This document shows, one piece after another, positions 47,470-57,157 of a stretch of DNA of 64,000 nucleotides (position 1 is its first letter; each line of letters opens with the position of its first letter). The notes beneath the pieces are model-generated. The model saw only the letters and a list, made by a program, of their open reading frames with translations. It was not told the origin of the DNA and ran no database searches. Source of the stretch: Candidatus Brockarchaeota archaeon (GTDB taxonomy: Archaea; Thermoproteota; EX4484-205; JAAOZP01); assembly GCA_017601245.1 (NCBI GenBank), contig JAFNJB010000055.1, positions 56,455 to 120,454 of the forward strand, read 5' to 3'. Position numbers and translations under genes: made by a program.

Positions 47470-50022
47470 ATGAACGCGATGAAATTATCGTATTGCCTGC
47501 CACTAGTCCTAATACTTTTCTTATCATTATCTTCTTTTCAAATTACAAATAATGTTGCATCTGCAAAAACTTTGGTAACCAGAGTCTTTTACCCTTCTCA
47601 TGATGCTGTAGTTTATGAAGGCGATCCAGAACGGAACTTCGGTTCTCATGCTGAAATCGGCATTAATTACAGGATCGGTTTCAGAGACAGGTCTTTCATA
47701 ATGTTTGACTTAACTACTCTGCCTCCAGGCTCAACCATAGTTTCCGCAACCCTAAACCTCTACATGTACGATGCACCAAATTCCAGCAGAACCATTGCTT
47801 GTCATGAGATAGTTGAGGAACCGTGGAATGAGCTTAGTATAACTTGGAATAACCAGCCTTTAACAACAGTATTCTTAACCTCCGTGATAACTGGAACCCG
47901 CCCTAAAAAGCTTAGTTTTGACGTGAAAGAATCGCTTGTAAAATTCACCTGCAAGGATGAAATGGATTATATGCCGAATTACGGTTGGGTGTTGAAGGAT
48001 ATTAATGAAACTATAGGCGATAAGGATGATCCCCTTTGGATATGTTCGAAAGAACATCCTGATCAAGATAAACGTCCATATTTAGAAGTTAAGTTTTACC
48101 CGCCTCACCTAGAGTTAAACATTGAAGAGTCTTCGATAGAAGCGGGTAATTGGGTAAGGATTACAGTTCATCGAAAGACAAGCAGTAATGAGCCGATTAC
48201 TAGAGGAAGGCTTAAAATCAAATTCAGTTCTAATTCAACTTCAACCAGCAAAAAATTTTCAATAACCCCAGGGGGATCAGAAATAACCGAGCTAGTAATA
48301 CCCAATGAAGAGAGCTCCGTCACATTCTACTATTATGATGAAAAGGCTGGAACATGGAAGATAAGCGTCTGGACTGATGATTATGTAGATTACATGGGTG
48401 ATGCTAAAGTAATAAAAGTCAGGCCTGGACCATTATACTCATTCGGCTTTGAGCATATCTCCTCTCCAAAGATAATGGCTGCTCCATTTGCAATAACGAT
48501 TATTGCATACGATATTTACGGAAACGTTAAAACAGATTACACTGGGCAAAATACTCTTTCAGATACGACTGGTACGATAGAGCCTAATACAACCGGGAAA
48601 TTTAAAGATGGAAAATGGACAGGAAACGTGACTATAAGCAGAACTGGAAGAAACATTAAGATAACAACCGTTGGAGACGGTGCTATTGGCGAGAGTAACC
48701 CGTTCGATATTGCAATCGGCCCCCCCTCAAGAATTAGAATAGCACCGTCAGACTTCGCCGCAGCCCTAGGAGTCGTCTATTCTCATCTCAATATTTCTCT
48801 TACAGATATTGGTGGCTCAGAATCTTCAGCTACGACTGATGTATTGGTGAATCTTTCTACAAATTCTCCTGGTGGCGAATTCAGAGAACATGGAACAGGG
48901 AGGAAGATAACGAGCATAATAATCCCGGCTGGCAGGAGTACGGTTTACGTGGATTACTATGACACAGCAAATGGAACATGGATTCTAACAGCCTCGGCAC
49001 AAGGATTTGAAACAGGAAGGGCGAAAGTAAATGTGAAACCGGATACTACTCCACCTGAAATCGAAATAAAGATAAACGATCCGAAGCATGAAACACCATC
49101 CGGAATCTATGTATCGGGCTTAACGCCCATTTCCTTTTCGATTAAAGATGATCTCAGCGGTGTTATGGAAGTAAGATATAGGATAGATGAAAATTCTTGG
49201 AACTCATACTACTCAGATTTCAACCTAAACGCTTATTCTGAAGGCATGCATGTCATAACGTATTTTGGTATAGACAGAGCCGGTAATAAGGGAGCTGAGA
49301 AGAACATAACAATAATTCTAGATAAGACTCCTCCAAACGTTGAAAAAGTTTCCCCAACTGGAAAATTGTTTTCAAACTCAATAATAGTTAACTTCATCGC
49401 TAAGGTTAACGACTCGATGTCGGGAGTTAAAAAAGTAGAGTTATTCGTCGACGATATTTCTCAAGGGTTAATGAATATTAGCAGAGGAGAATATGTTAAA
49501 AAAGTGAACCTTTCCGAGGGATATCACGAATGGAGCATTAGGGTTATGGATAGAGTTGGCAACTTTTTAGATTTCAACTACTCTTTTACACTGTTCGTCG
49601 ATACTAAAAATCCAATAATTTATGAAATCTCGCAACCTTCAGCTGTATTCGGAGAATCGGCGATAATATCTTGTAAAGCTTATGATGAAGATTCCGGCAT
49701 TAAGGCTGTTTACCTTTTCTACTCTACGGATAAAGGTTCTAGTTGGATGGTTTTTTCCATGACGTTTCAAGGGGATACGTATATTGGTTCAATACCCCCT
49801 CAATTCATATTTACTGAAGTCCATTACTACGTCGAGGTTGTTGATAATGCTGGAAATAGGTTTCGATCAAGCCTATTCAAGTATACTGTAGGAATACCGC
49901 CCTGGCTTTATTCAATAATTGCGCTTTCAATTGCAGTCAGCATCTACATACTCCTTGCTAAGAAGTTGTTTGCGAAAAGAAAAACAAAATCCGACCGGGT
50001 TTTACAACAGGTTTCTGATTAA
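47470..50022 (+). CDS. large cell-surface protein: DNRLRE domain + Ig-like repeats + C-terminal TM anchor
   Basis: Signal peptide; N-terminal SATLNLYMYDAPNS...EPWNELSITWNNQP (DNRLRE-domain signature); repeated TPPE/TPPN beta-sandwich-like modules; C-terminal hydrophobic helix followed by KKLFAKRKTK. Confidence 0.6.
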   Translation: MNAMKLSYCLPLVLILFLSLSSFQITNNVASAKTLVTRVFYPSHDAVVYEGDPERNFGSHAEIGINYRIGFRDRSFIMFDLTTLPPGSTIVSATLNLYMYDAPNSSRTIACHEIVEEPWNELSITWNNQPLTTVFLTSVITGTRPKKLSFDVKESLVKFTCKDEMDYMPNYGWVLKDINETIGDKDDPLWICSKEHPDQDKRPYLEVKFYPPHLELNIEESSIEAGNWVRITVHRKTSSNEPITRGRLKIKFSSNSTSTSKKFSITPGGSEITELVIPNEESSVTFYYYDEKAGTWKISVWTDDYVDYMGDAKVIKVRPGPLYSFGFEHISSPKIMAAPFAITIIAYDIYGNVKTDYTGQNTLSDTTGTIEPNTTGKFKDGKWTGNVTISRTGRNIKITTVGDGAIGESNPFDIAIGPPSRIRIAPSDFAAALGVVYSHLNISLTDIGGSESSATTDVLVNLSTNSPGGEFREHGTGRKITSIIIPAGRSTVYVDYYDTANGTWILTASAQGFETGRAKVNVKPDTTPPEIEIKINDPKHETPSGIYVSGLTPISFSIKDDLSGVMEVRYRIDENSWNSYYSDFNLNAYSEGMHVITYFGIDRAGNKGAEKNITIILDKTPPNVEKVSPTGKLFSNSIIVNFIAKVNDSMSGVKKVELFVDDISQGLMNISRGEYVKKVNLSEGYHEWSIRVMDRVGNFLDFNYSFTLFVDTKNPIIYEISQPSAVFGESAIISCKAYDEDSGIKAVYLFYSTDKGSSWMVFSMTFQGDTYIGSIPPQFIFTEVHYYVEVVDNAGNRFRSSLFKYTVGIPPWLYSIIALSIAVSIYILLAKKLFAKRKTKSDRVLQQVSD

Positions 50023-50394
50023 TTCTTTTTCCGTTACTATCCCCACCATTTTACCGCCTTTTACAACAACAATTCTCCTTATCCCTTTTTCCTTCATCAT
50101 AGTTATGGCCTTAAGAATAGGTTCATCAGGATCTATGGTAACGAGCGGTTTACTCATTATCTCTTTACAAACCGTCTTTTTAGGGTCTTTATTCTCGATC
50201 AAAACCCTTCTAATTAAATCTCTTTCAGTAACTATTCCCTCTGGTTTTCCCCCGGATTCTACAACAACCGCTCCTATTCCATAGTTTATCATTTTATTGG
50301 CCGCTTCGAAAACCGGGTCTGTTGGTAAAACGCTTATCACAGGAGAAGACATTACATCTCTAACTTTCTTCTCTCCCTTCTCCAAGGTAGGCAT
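50002..50394 (-). CDS. CBS-domain pair protein
   Basis: Two CBS motifs (VRDVMSSPVISV ... GAVVV; KEIMSKPLVTI ... RRIVVV). 130 aa. Confidence 0.8.
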   Translation of the reverse strand: MPTLEKGEKKVRDVMSSPVISVLPTDPVFEAANKMINYGIGAVVVESGGKPEGIVTERDLIRRVLIENKDPKKTVCKEIMSKPLVTIDPDEPILKAITMMKEKGIRRIVVVKGGKMVGIVTEKELIRNLL

Positions 50395-50472
50395 CCTCCA
50401 ACTAAATTGATATAAAACATTGATTAATAACTTTTCTCTTGTTTATCTTAAAATTGAAAGTCTTTGTTTAAA

Positions 50473-51501
50473 CTATATGAGTTCGAGAATGAAAACATGC
50501 GGATAAAGGCCGCCTGTTTCCACTACTCTTTCATGGACTATTTTAAACTTTTTCGTTTTTAAAATCAGGCTCCTAAAAGAAGTTGCCTTAAGGTTTATTA
50601 TAACCATCCTCCCATCCGGCTTCATAATTCTATAGGCCGTATTCAAAAAGGACCAGTACAATTCCTTAAGATTTCTCTCTCTGCCTAATCTAACACCGTA
50701 AGGTGGATTAGTCACTATCTTATCTATTTCCCTACCGTAGTACTCGTCCAATCTCCGCGCATCTGCTGTTTTCAAAAATACGTATCCTTCAACTCCAGCC
50801 GCCTTAATGTTTTCACATGCTCCCTTTAGAAACCTGCTGTTTATATCACTACCTAGGATTTTTATCTTGCCATCCCATATTTGCGCAGCCTCTATGAGTA
50901 TTGTCCCTCCTCCACAGAAGGGGTCAAGCAGTGTATCGCCATCTCTTATGTCTGCCATCCTAAGCATTCCGTAGGCTAATGGCGCTTTTATCGCTGCCGG
51001 GTGATTAAATGGTCTTTCAAACCTTTTATGCAACGATTCTCTTGTTAACTGAATACCGATATAGCACTTACTGCCTATAACATCACAAATGATGTTTACG
51101 TCGAAATTCTCTAAATCGACCTTTTTCCCATACTTCTCAACTATTGCTTGACCAGCGTATTTTTGCACTTGAATGGATGTGAAGGAATGTTCTCCTATTC
51201 TTTGACTTGTAACCCTAAAAGTATTTGCATTATCCAATTCCTCTATTTCTATTTCCTTAAGATTCCTATAGATATCTGATAGGCCTTCATCGCTTGTTTT
51301 TATTTCAAACATAGTCACGTATTTTATAGCGTGGTAGATGGATCGTAACGAAAAAATCTTTCCGATTTCCTTCTCATCGATTTCCGTAATCAGCTTGCCA
51401 GGGAGATTATGGAAACTAGACACGGAAGCTCCTATTTTCTCGCCCACTTCCTTTTCCACAATATCCTCTATGCCCGGGTTAGTGGTTAACAGTATCTTCA
51501 T
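50473..51501 (-). CDS. THUMP-domain tRNA guanine-N2 methyltransferase (archaeal Trm-G10/Trm11/Trm14 family)
   Basis: N-terminal THUMP region, motif I LLDPFCGGGTILIEAA, motif IV NPPYG. 342 aa. Confidence 0.75.
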   Translation of the reverse strand: MKILLTTNPGIEDIVEKEVGEKIGASVSSFHNLPGKLITEIDEKEIGKIFSLRSIYHAIKYVTMFEIKTSDEGLSDIYRNLKEIEIEELDNANTFRVTSQRIGEHSFTSIQVQKYAGQAIVEKYGKKVDLENFDVNIICDVIGSKCYIGIQLTRESLHKRFERPFNHPAAIKAPLAYGMLRMADIRDGDTLLDPFCGGGTILIEAAQIWDGKIKILGSDINSRFLKGACENIKAAGVEGYVFLKTADARRLDEYYGREIDKIVTNPPYGVRLGRERNLKELYWSFLNTAYRIMKPDGRMVIINLKATSFRSLILKTKKFKIVHERVVETGGLYPHVFILELI

Positions 51502-51533
51502 TTTAATCTCTATTTATGAGAACTACTTGTTTC

Positions 51534-52046
51534 TCACCAATGTTCGTAATGGACAATTTCTTCCAAGGGCTTACGGTCTACTACGGGTCCCTTTTCCTCA
51601 GCTGGATATCCTATTGGTGTCATGGCTACTACACGTATTTCTCGAGGAATTCCCAGTACTTTCTTAACTTCTTGCTCATCGAATGCGCCGATCCAGCATG
51701 TTCCAAGCCCCTCTTCCCAAGCTGCTAGAACCAGATTCTGCATGGCTATGGCAACGTCAACCTTCCAGTATTCTTCCCCGTCTTTCCTAGTCCACGCTTT
51801 AGCTGGATTTGCACATGCTACTATTATGACTGGAGCGTTTACAAACCAGTCTCTAGGATATGCTGCTCCCAGTTTCCTCTTTACTTCAGGATCAGTTACT
51901 ACAATAAAATCCCACGGTTGACGGTTTACTGCAGAGGGAGCAAGCCTAGCTGCCTCCAATACTCGTAGCAATTTATCTCTTTCAACAGGCTTTTCTAAGT
52001 ATTTTCTTATGCTTCTTCTCGTTCTAACCGCTTCGAACACGTTCAT
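51534..52046 (-). CDS. nitroreductase-family NAD(P)H:flavin oxidoreductase
   Basis: N-terminal RRSIRKY ... APSAVNRQPWDFIVV signature. 170 aa. Confidence 0.8.
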   Translation of the reverse strand: MNVFEAVRTRRSIRKYLEKPVERDKLLRVLEAARLAPSAVNRQPWDFIVVTDPEVKRKLGAAYPRDWFVNAPVIIVACANPAKAWTRKDGEEYWKVDVAIAMQNLVLAAWEEGLGTCWIGAFDEQEVKKVLGIPREIRVVAMTPIGYPAEEKGPVVDRKPLEEIVHYEHW

Positions 52047-52092
52047 TTTATTTTTCAGTGTTAATTCTTAAGCGGCATGCTATAAATATAAG

Positions 52093-52977
52093 TTACGTTT
52101 TCTCTAAGAGTTTAAACGTCTCGTAGAAACTCGACGTTTCTCTGAATGCCTTTTCAGCAATGTTAAAGACATTTATCCTAGTCTCTTTTATACGAATATG
52201 CCAACCCAAGTCTTCACTCTTCTCCCATCTGCCACCGAGTCTTCTAACCAATACTTCGCCAAGATAGCTTCCCGTCATTAACACGAGTTTTAAAAGCACT
52301 ATACTTTGCGGTTCATCACTATTGATACTAATATCTCTGAATAATTCTCTAGGCCAGTGAGCATCTACAACCCTATCCAATTCCATAAGAGACTCTGGGG
52401 TATAATCGATAGGTTTAAGCTCCATGTTGAAGAACCATTCTACACATTCTGCAGCGCAATGCCTAAAAAAGGAGGGGCCTGTTGTTAAAACCCTCTCATT
52501 GTCCTCTATTATTTCTCCATTTTCATCCCTACAGTAATATTTTATTCCTATTTCTTTCTCCTTTAAGGAATTTATCCAATGATTCAAATACTTGTCTATA
52601 AGCTCCCAATCGGGATTCTCGGAATCAAGTTTACAATCCTCAAAAAATTGTAGTTTTAAGTGTTCTGCGATGAATAAAGCATCCATATCTCCCCTTATCG
52701 ACTTGGATTCTTCTATTATCTGTCCTATTTTGGAAAGCCTTGCACCATCGAGCTTGGATTCTAAGAGTCTCTTAGCTATTGCAAAGGCTGAACGTATTGC
52801 AAAAGCTTTCTCGTTCTCATCAAAGCCCCCTCTCATGAAGTCATCAATCCAGTTGTAGAAAACCAGCAGGAAACCTATCCTATCCCTATCCTTAGAATCT
52901 ATCGTTTTATTAAAAAGACTCCTGTACTCTTCGGTAATATCTCTTAAAGGTCTTATCCGAGATGACTCATTACTCAT
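52093..52977 (-). CDS. hypothetical cytoplasmic protein
   Basis: 294 aa, acidic, no recognisable motif. Confidence 0.35.
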   Translation of the reverse strand: MSNESSRIRPLRDITEEYRSLFNKTIDSKDRDRIGFLLVFYNWIDDFMRGGFDENEKAFAIRSAFAIAKRLLESKLDGARLSKIGQIIEESKSIRGDMDALFIAEHLKLQFFEDCKLDSENPDWELIDKYLNHWINSLKEKEIGIKYYCRDENGEIIEDNERVLTTGPSFFRHCAAECVEWFFNMELKPIDYTPESLMELDRVVDAHWPRELFRDISINSDEPQSIVLLKLVLMTGSYLGEVLVRRLGGRWEKSEDLGWHIRIKETRINVFNIAEKAFRETSSFYETFKLLEKT

Positions 52978-53030
52978 TAATCATGATAGAACCGGGTTGT
53001 TTAAAACTCTTACTCTATCGAGTTCAACTC

Positions 53031-53333
53031 CTAAATTTCCTTTCTTTTCAAGACTTTTTTTACAGCTTCTTCCCTCTCCCTGCTTTTATTAACATCCTCA
53101 AATAACCATCTTCTTAACTCTTCTATATCCACTCTGGGTATCGACTTCTTCGTTCTCGCTTCTCTCGCTATCTTCTGATGTTCAACTAGTGTTGATATCA
53201 ATTCCTCAAGCTTCTTCTCTTTTTCCCAGTAGTAATTGTAAACCTCCGGCCCTATAGCGCTTTCTTTCCTCCTTCTAATTTCTTCAAGTTCCTTTTTAAG
53301 TGAATTTATTATTTCCTCATCCTTCTCGCTCAA
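53031..53333 (-). CDS. small charged coiled-coil protein (paralogue of 59490-59705)
   Basis: Shares LK.ELEEIRRRKESAIGPEVYNYYWEKEKKLEE with 59490-59705 (KAQLEEVRKKKEKAIGPDAYEFYWQKEKELER). Confidence 0.45.
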   Translation of the reverse strand: MSEKDEEIINSLKKELEEIRRRKESAIGPEVYNYYWEKEKKLEELISTLVEHQKIAREARTKKSIPRVDIEELRRWLFEDVNKSREREEAVKKVLKRKEI

Positions 53334-53455
53334 ATCTGCTCGACGCTTTCCGACTATATTTCTTAATTCGACAGATTTAAACCTTCCTGCTCGAATATGC
53401 TAAGAATGTTATTGTCGAAATGCGTCAAGTACTTTTATTCAAAAATTACTTTATA

Positions 53456-54454
53456 TCAGTATAATAAGGATATTAAGAGAATCATCAAGAAGTATATTGT
53501 CAATGTCAAAATTATTTCAATAGCCTTATCTGGATAATCCTTTTTGAAAATAAACCGTACTGGAAGCCTCAAGACTTTCCCAATAAGATTGGAAACAGGC
53601 ATCATAAACGGTGTTTTAGAACGGTATTTCTCATATTCTTCCCTATGCTTTTCAATCATTATCAACTCTTCTCTTAAAGCAATTCCTATTAGTATGAAAG
53701 CAAAAATGGTCCAGAAGAATGGCGGTGGTGCGAAATATCCGCCTCTAGGAGGTAGGAAAACATACTTATCGTATACTAGGAGACCATAGCTCCACAATAG
53801 GAAGCTGAAATACTGGGGGTGTCTGGAATACTTATAGATGAGTGATTTTGCAAATCCCGATTTTTGAAGCTTGTAGTAAAGCCATGTGGTGCAACTCATG
53901 AAGAAAATTATAGAGCTTACCATTATAATGGTTAGAAAAAGAGTCTCATCGAGACTTTGTAAATATCCTCCAAAAACGTTATTGAGCATAAACCTCAGAG
54001 CATCATACGGGAAATAAACAATATCCCCAAGCTCTAAGAGACTGCTTGCCATACTTATTTTTTCATAAATAGATGATCCGGGGAAAAGTTCTAAGAATGG
54101 AAGCCATATTATTCTCAATATCCCTACTCCCGCTAAGAAGAACATTACTGAAGCAAAATAGCTGAAAGTGGGGAGAAATAGAATAAAAGAACCTAGGAAG
54201 CTAATTTTATATTTCTTAAAAACAAATCCAAGTATTATCAGAATTATTATCATCGTTAGACAGAAGTATCCCAATGGTCGCAGTGAATTTACAAAACTCT
54301 CCGCTTCTTCTATTTCGCCAACACCATAGTGTGGTATCGCTTCTCCAAGAAGGTTGTTTAATACGTGTGGTAATTCTACAGTAGAATATAGAAGTGCATA
54401 AGAGAATATTGCTGAAAGAATTATCGAAATAATCATTGCTTGAGATTTATGCAT
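53456..54454 (-). CDS. polytopic membrane protein with C-terminal ICMT/PEMT-like methyltransferase motif
   Basis: Eight or more TM helices; YKYSRHPQYFSFLLWSYG resembles the isoprenylcysteine carboxyl methyltransferase RHPxY-hydrophobic-G motif. Confidence 0.45.
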   Translation of the reverse strand: MHKSQAMIISIILSAIFSYALLYSTVELPHVLNNLLGEAIPHYGVGEIEEAESFVNSLRPLGYFCLTMIIILIILGFVFKKYKISFLGSFILFLPTFSYFASVMFFLAGVGILRIIWLPFLELFPGSSIYEKISMASSLLELGDIVYFPYDALRFMLNNVFGGYLQSLDETLFLTIIMVSSIIFFMSCTTWLYYKLQKSGFAKSLIYKYSRHPQYFSFLLWSYGLLVYDKYVFLPPRGGYFAPPPFFWTIFAFILIGIALREELIMIEKHREEYEKYRSKTPFMMPVSNLIGKVLRLPVRFIFKKDYPDKAIEIILTLTIYFLMILLISLLY

Positions 54455-54893
54455 TTTTCAGAACCAAACCTCTTGTAGCGTCTTTTTAAATTTTAAGGAT
54501 TTTTCAATTCGCTGTCTGCAATACTTCATTTTTTTCTCGGGCTCATTAAATCACATGGAGTTTACAGTTGGTTAAGTTTCCATCGCTTTTAACCTGAGCG
54601 TCGAGAGTTATTATGAGGTTTTTCAACGGCGGGGTTTAAGAGATATTTTTCTAATAAAGGAAGGTCTTAATTTAGATTATTGTGTAATGTATTCAATGTG
54701 TTTGAATATTCCAATAATGCGGGAGTATCTGGGTTTACAAGGTTACATTCATCGGAAACACAATGATGCAAATTGCGACATATGTTACTTAGAACTAGCA
54801 AGGAAGTTTTATATCGATTGTTGAGAAATACTTTAAGCTGGGAGAACTTAAGACAAAATGTTTTTATCTTAATAACAATTCCATTTTCAGGAA

Positions 54894-55592
54894 ATGACGG
54901 CAAATTTATCAGAGGAGGATTTGAGAAGGTTACTTGCAAAATATGCTCATGCAATATACAATGCTAAATTGGCTACTGGCCCCGGTGGGACTCTAAGCGC
55001 TAGACTTGCAAACAGCGATATAATATTTGTTAAACCAAGTGGGTTTAATCTTGGTGAATTAAAGCCTGAAGACTTTATAGGTGTAGATTTGAAAACGCTC
55101 CAAGTAGTGAAGGGGACTGCAAAACCGTCGATGGAGACTGGAGTTCTAGCGAAATGTCATTTAGCTAGGGAAGACGTTAATGCTGTAATCCATGCTCACC
55201 CTCCCTTCTGCATATCTTTAAGTTCAGTAGACCTTGATATTAATACTCCTCTATATCCAGATCACGTAGTCTTTTTAGAAGAAGTCGCTACGCTACCCTT
55301 CTACGCTCCTGGTTCAGAAGAATTGGCTGAGGCTGTTGGAAAGGCTGCAAGAAAACATAATTGCATACTGTTGAAAAATCACGGCGTGATAACATTGGGT
55401 TCTTCACTTAGGGAAGCATATTACAGGCTAGAGATAATGGAGGAGAGTGCAAAAATAATTGTTTTTTCTTCGGTTTTGGCTACTATGAAGAGACCAGATG
55501 GGAAACCGGATTCGCTTTCAGCTGAACAAGCCGATTCTATTCGTAGGCTTCAAATGGAAGCATATAGAAAGAGTCTTGCTAAGAATTGGTAG
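54894..55592 (+). CDS. fucA: class II aldolase (L-fuculose-/L-rhamnulose-1-phosphate aldolase-like)
   Basis: Aldolase_II fold: GPGGTLSARL ... VKPSG ... AVIHAHPPF (zinc-binding His cluster). 232 aa. Confidence 0.75.
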   Translation: MTANLSEEDLRRLLAKYAHAIYNAKLATGPGGTLSARLANSDIIFVKPSGFNLGELKPEDFIGVDLKTLQVVKGTAKPSMETGVLAKCHLAREDVNAVIHAHPPFCISLSSVDLDINTPLYPDHVVFLEEVATLPFYAPGSEELAEAVGKAARKHNCILLKNHGVITLGSSLREAYYRLEIMEESAKIIVFSSVLATMKRPDGKPDSLSAEQADSIRRLQMEAYRKSLAKNW

Positions 55593-55599
55593 TCTTACG

Positions 55600-57150
55600 T
55601 TATGTTTCAATAGCTTTTAACTCTTTAAATTCTTCTTCGAGGCTCTGGTAAAGCCTCTTGTAAATTCTGTATAATTTCTCGTATTTTAACGAAGCTTCAG
55701 GATCCGGCTTAATTATCTCGCTACTAGACAACCATTCCCTTATGACCTCGTATCCTTTTAGGGTTTTTGTTCCTACGCCGGCAAGCAGAGCATCACCATA
55801 GGGTGCCCCTATGCTTGAAGCCAAATACTCAACATCCATGTTTAACACGTCCGTTATTATCTTTCTCCAAAGCCTCGACTTTGCTCCACCGTTAACCAGT
55901 ATAGCTCTCTTAAGAGGTATTCCCACCTCTCTAGCAGTTTCCACGCAATACCTTATGGCATAAGCCACTCCTTCTAGGACGGCTCTGAAAATATGAGCCT
56001 TGGTATGTCTCAGAGTTAGACCGAATAATACTCCCCTAACATACTCGTCCCACCAGGGTGCTCTTTCACCAACCATCATATGTGGTAGAAATATTAATCC
56101 ATTAGAACCAGGGGGTGTCCTCTCGGCTTCAAGGTCAAGAATACTATAGGAACTTAACCCGAGTTCTTTACTCAAACTGTTTTCAATACTCCCGAAATTA
56201 TCCCTAAACCATCTTACACAATATCCAGCGGTTATAATTCCTGCGAAAGAATAATATTTGCGATCATCATAGGCAACGTGAGAATAATTTACCATTTTAC
56301 GCGAGAACCTAGGCTCATCCTGGATGAAACCGTTACACGTTGAAGTGCCTAGCATCATAGCAAGTTCACCATCTTCAAGTGCCCCAACCCCGAGGGCTGA
56401 CATCGGTGCATCGATACCCCCTGCGCAAACCGGCGTACCCTTAGCCAACCCGCTAAGTTCAGCACCTTTCGAAGTCACTTCGCCAACCACATCCTTAGAC
56501 ATGCTTATTTTCTCCGGGAAGAAGCTTCTCGGTATCCCCAGTTCAGACATAAGGCTTTCAGCAAATCTCTTTTCCTTGGGGTTGAATATGCCTCCGTAAT
56601 TTCCTATTGAAGAATAATCAACTGAAATTTCTCCCGTAAGCTTATATATACAATATGCATTGGGAGTGACGAACTGGTATATCTTATTCCAAACATGCGG
56701 TTCATTCCTCTTTATCCAAAGCATCTTAGTATATCCGTAATATGGGTCTATAGTATTACAGGTTTCTTTGAAGACAGTTTCTTCCCCTATCTTCTCCCTT
56801 ATCCATTTACATTCTTCAGTAGCCCTCCTATCAGCCCATATTAAGCATGGTCTCAATGGATTCATTTCCTTATCGCAAGGTATTCCGGATCCACCGTAGA
56901 GGCTACTTATGCAGTAGCCAGCTATGTCACGCGGATCAATTCCTGCCTTCTTTATAACCTCTTTTATAGTTTCACATACGGCGTTAAACCATACGTCGGG
57001 CCATTGTTCAGCCCAACCCGTTTTAGGAGTCAATACTCCATACTCTACGGTTGCGTTCGCAATCTCCTTGCCTTCAGCATTAACAAGTACGGTCTTAGTT
57101 GCTGAAGTCCCTATGTCAGTACCGAGAAAGAGACTGCTCAATTCAAACAC
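55600..57150 (-). CDS. FGGY-family sugar kinase (fuculo-/rhamnulo-/xylulokinase-like)
   Basis: N-terminal FLGTDIGTSATKTVL and FGGY C-terminal domain. 516 aa. Confidence 0.8.
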   Translation of the reverse strand: MFELSSLFLGTDIGTSATKTVLVNAEGKEIANATVEYGVLTPKTGWAEQWPDVWFNAVCETIKEVIKKAGIDPRDIAGYCISSLYGGSGIPCDKEMNPLRPCLIWADRRATEECKWIREKIGEETVFKETCNTIDPYYGYTKMLWIKRNEPHVWNKIYQFVTPNAYCIYKLTGEISVDYSSIGNYGGIFNPKEKRFAESLMSELGIPRSFFPEKISMSKDVVGEVTSKGAELSGLAKGTPVCAGGIDAPMSALGVGALEDGELAMMLGTSTCNGFIQDEPRFSRKMVNYSHVAYDDRKYYSFAGIITAGYCVRWFRDNFGSIENSLSKELGLSSYSILDLEAERTPPGSNGLIFLPHMMVGERAPWWDEYVRGVLFGLTLRHTKAHIFRAVLEGVAYAIRYCVETAREVGIPLKRAILVNGGAKSRLWRKIITDVLNMDVEYLASSIGAPYGDALLAGVGTKTLKGYEVIREWLSSSEIIKPDPEASLKYEKLYRIYKRLYQSLEEEFKELKAIET

Positions 57151-57157
57151 CCTTAAC

